From Oculina patagonica (Eukaryota): a stretch of DNA of 64,000 nt. The position numbers and the translations under genes are program-made. Location of the stretch: assembly GCF_052425735.1 (NCBI RefSeq), contig NC_135769.1, positions 10,044,001 to 10,108,000 of the forward strand. The letters are read 5' to 3'. This document shows, in pieces, positions 61,987 through 64,000 of the stretch. The notes beneath the pieces were generated by a model. It did no database searches. It worked only from the letters and a program-made list of their open reading frames with translations, and had not been told where the DNA came from. The first letter of the stretch is position 1, and each line of letters opens with the position of its first letter.

Positions 61987-62086
61987 ATGTTTGCGGCTCG
62001 ACTGAGAAGTGCAACACCTATTATAGCTGCAGGTTTTGCGGCTGGATCGGCGGCATTTTTGGTGTATCAAGGTCGTTTTTCCACAG
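61987..62086 (+). CDS. First coding exon of an unidentified, probably mitochondrion-targeted protein; continues beyond identifiable sequence
   Basis: MFAARLRSATPIIAAGFAAGSAAFLVYQGRFST followed by donor CAG|GTAAG. Preceded by a pyrimidine tract and AG acceptor ending at 61976. Arg/Ala-rich N-terminus with no acidic residues. Confidence 0.55.
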
Positions 62087-64000
62087 GTAAAGAAATCAAA
62101 TTTGTTCTGGTTTTTAAATGCATTCCTTACAGAATAGTTGCAACGATATGTTTTGGGGGCTTAATCAGGCCTTGTTCTTAATGTGTTTCTGACGGAGGGC
62201 GAACCAAAATAGATCGCCACTGCGGTAAAATTAAGTGTTTGTAATTTGCATGTGCTTTAGCATATAAAATCGATCACGCGTGTCATTATTCGCAAATGTA
62301 CATGTACAACAGCACGTACTATATTTAATACGCTACGAAGATCTACTAGGCTTCTCTTCCTATAGTTTTTTTCATAGTAATTTTAAGATGTTATATTTTA
62401 ATTTCATGTACTAGAATCGCGTTTCGCGGCCGGGCTGACCGTTTTGGTTTAATAAACTTTCCGTGACCTGTAATGACACCCGGTTGTAACACCTTGTTAT
62501 CGTTGATAGCCTTTGTCACGCAAAATGACATAATCTCCAGTTTAAGAGCATTTCGCAACAAATGATTCTCCTAGCTTTCAGTTTCACTGAATTTAATGGA
62601 AAAGAGGGGTTGTTCTACAATTGCAAATAATTTTTCAAGTGCAATATTTTTGGCTTCCTTTGAAGAAAGGCTAAATTTGCTTCACAACTTCGTTGTTGCC
62701 CGCCGTTCAAACACCTACATGATTTATTCAATACATGTATGCCGTTTGCCGGATTACCACAAACAACTTTCAGAGAAAAGCAAAAACGCAATATTAAAGT
62801 CTTTGTTACATTTTCAGTTACCGACAGTGTATAAGTTGGTAGAGGGATTCGAAACAAATTATTTAAACCAGTTACGATAATAAGGTACTTGACAGGTTAA
62901 ATTTACACGTGATATAGGACTAGCGACAATTTGGATTATGTAAACGATCTTCGCATGGCTTTGTACAAAATTATTCACCTTGAAAAAAAAATTATATTAG
63001 CATATTTCATCATCTTAGGTAAATATCATCACTTTGGTATATTTGAAACAGCACGGATAAGAGGTCCAACAATAGTTGTGCATTTATGTGTAGTAATAAA
63101 CGGGCCCCGATTAGTGACTAATACAGAACGCTTCTATGTTGTTTTTGTCGACAAAGAAAAACACATACAGGTATATGTTGGCACCAACACATGTTAGGCT
63201 TTCATGGCGTTACTGTGTCAAAAATCGGGGTCACGCAACACAACCCGCAAAAATGACCATAGCCTAGTTTTTTTTTCCAAGCTTTTCTTCCTTCTTTAAT
63301 TTTGCCAGAAGTTTATTACCCAATGATAACTGTTCTTATTAAAGATACGTTTGGTTACTCAGTTATTGTTTTCATTTAAATTGAAAATGTTTTAACCTTA
63401 CAAGAACTACTACATAAAATATCGCTTTCCACCAATCTTTGATTACTGTAAGTTTGAGGCCCTGTTAGGGGGGTTCAGTTATCCCTTATACCTTTAATTC
63501 GAAGCACAGTTATCCCTTATCCCGAAAAGTATCACCAGCGTTATCCCTAAAAGTATCTTTGGTGGAGTTAGTCACCGTACAGAAAAGTGAAATCGTATTT
63601 CTAATGATTATCAAGAGTGAAAAAGAAGTTTTCAGCTAAGACAGCCGTTATTACATCCCTTGCAGGCCATTCCCTAATTAAGATAACTAGAAATATTCAC
63701 GGTATTTGAAAGTAAAAGAAAAGATGTCGATGTCGTGGTTAACCTTAGCTGAGGAACGTGAAAAAAAGATGAACCATCAACGCTTCTTTGCGATCTGCCA
63801 GTGTCCATGAGATTTTTTTTTTTTTTGGGGGGGGGGGGGGGAAGTTGGGGGAATTGGGGGAGGGGGATCGAATGATGGTTAACAAAGAAAAAAGGTGACG
63901 GCCTAAGGAAACATTGACCACTTCTGTACGAGGCAGCTCGAAAGTCAAGGAATTCAATGTGGTCTCTCACCCCAGGCATATCCGGGACAAAAACGTTGCT

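Overview
AT-rich, intron-containing animal DNA; the repeat families suggest a cnidarian/coral, which is an inference. Main contents: (1) A minus-strand tandem array of five three-coding-exon cyclase-family (KynB kynurenine formamidase / isatin hydrolase-like, HxGTHxDxPxH) genes, all with N-terminal signal peptides. Copies 2 and 3 end in a GPI-signal-like tail; copies 4 and 5 lack it. Copy 1 has a premature TAA and copy 2 a +1 frameshift. (2) A six-exon secreted EndoU/XendoU ribonuclease gene (minus strand). (3) The first coding exon of a probable mitochondrial protein (plus strand, near 62 kb). (4) A dense mobilome: a BEL/Pao LTR element, a LINE split by multi-level nested DNA transposons, a decayed DIRS/Ngaro element, Crypton-like derivatives, a solo LTR and many MITEs. 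The most striking observation is two Penelope-like insertions in cyclase copy 5 (3.15 kb in intron 2, about 0.22 kb in the probable 3'UTR). Each forms an inverted-repeat hairpin flanked by a target-site duplication and carries a minimal type I hammerhead ribozyme in the sense orientation of the host transcript. There are two assembly gaps (19412-19911 and 32325-32490).
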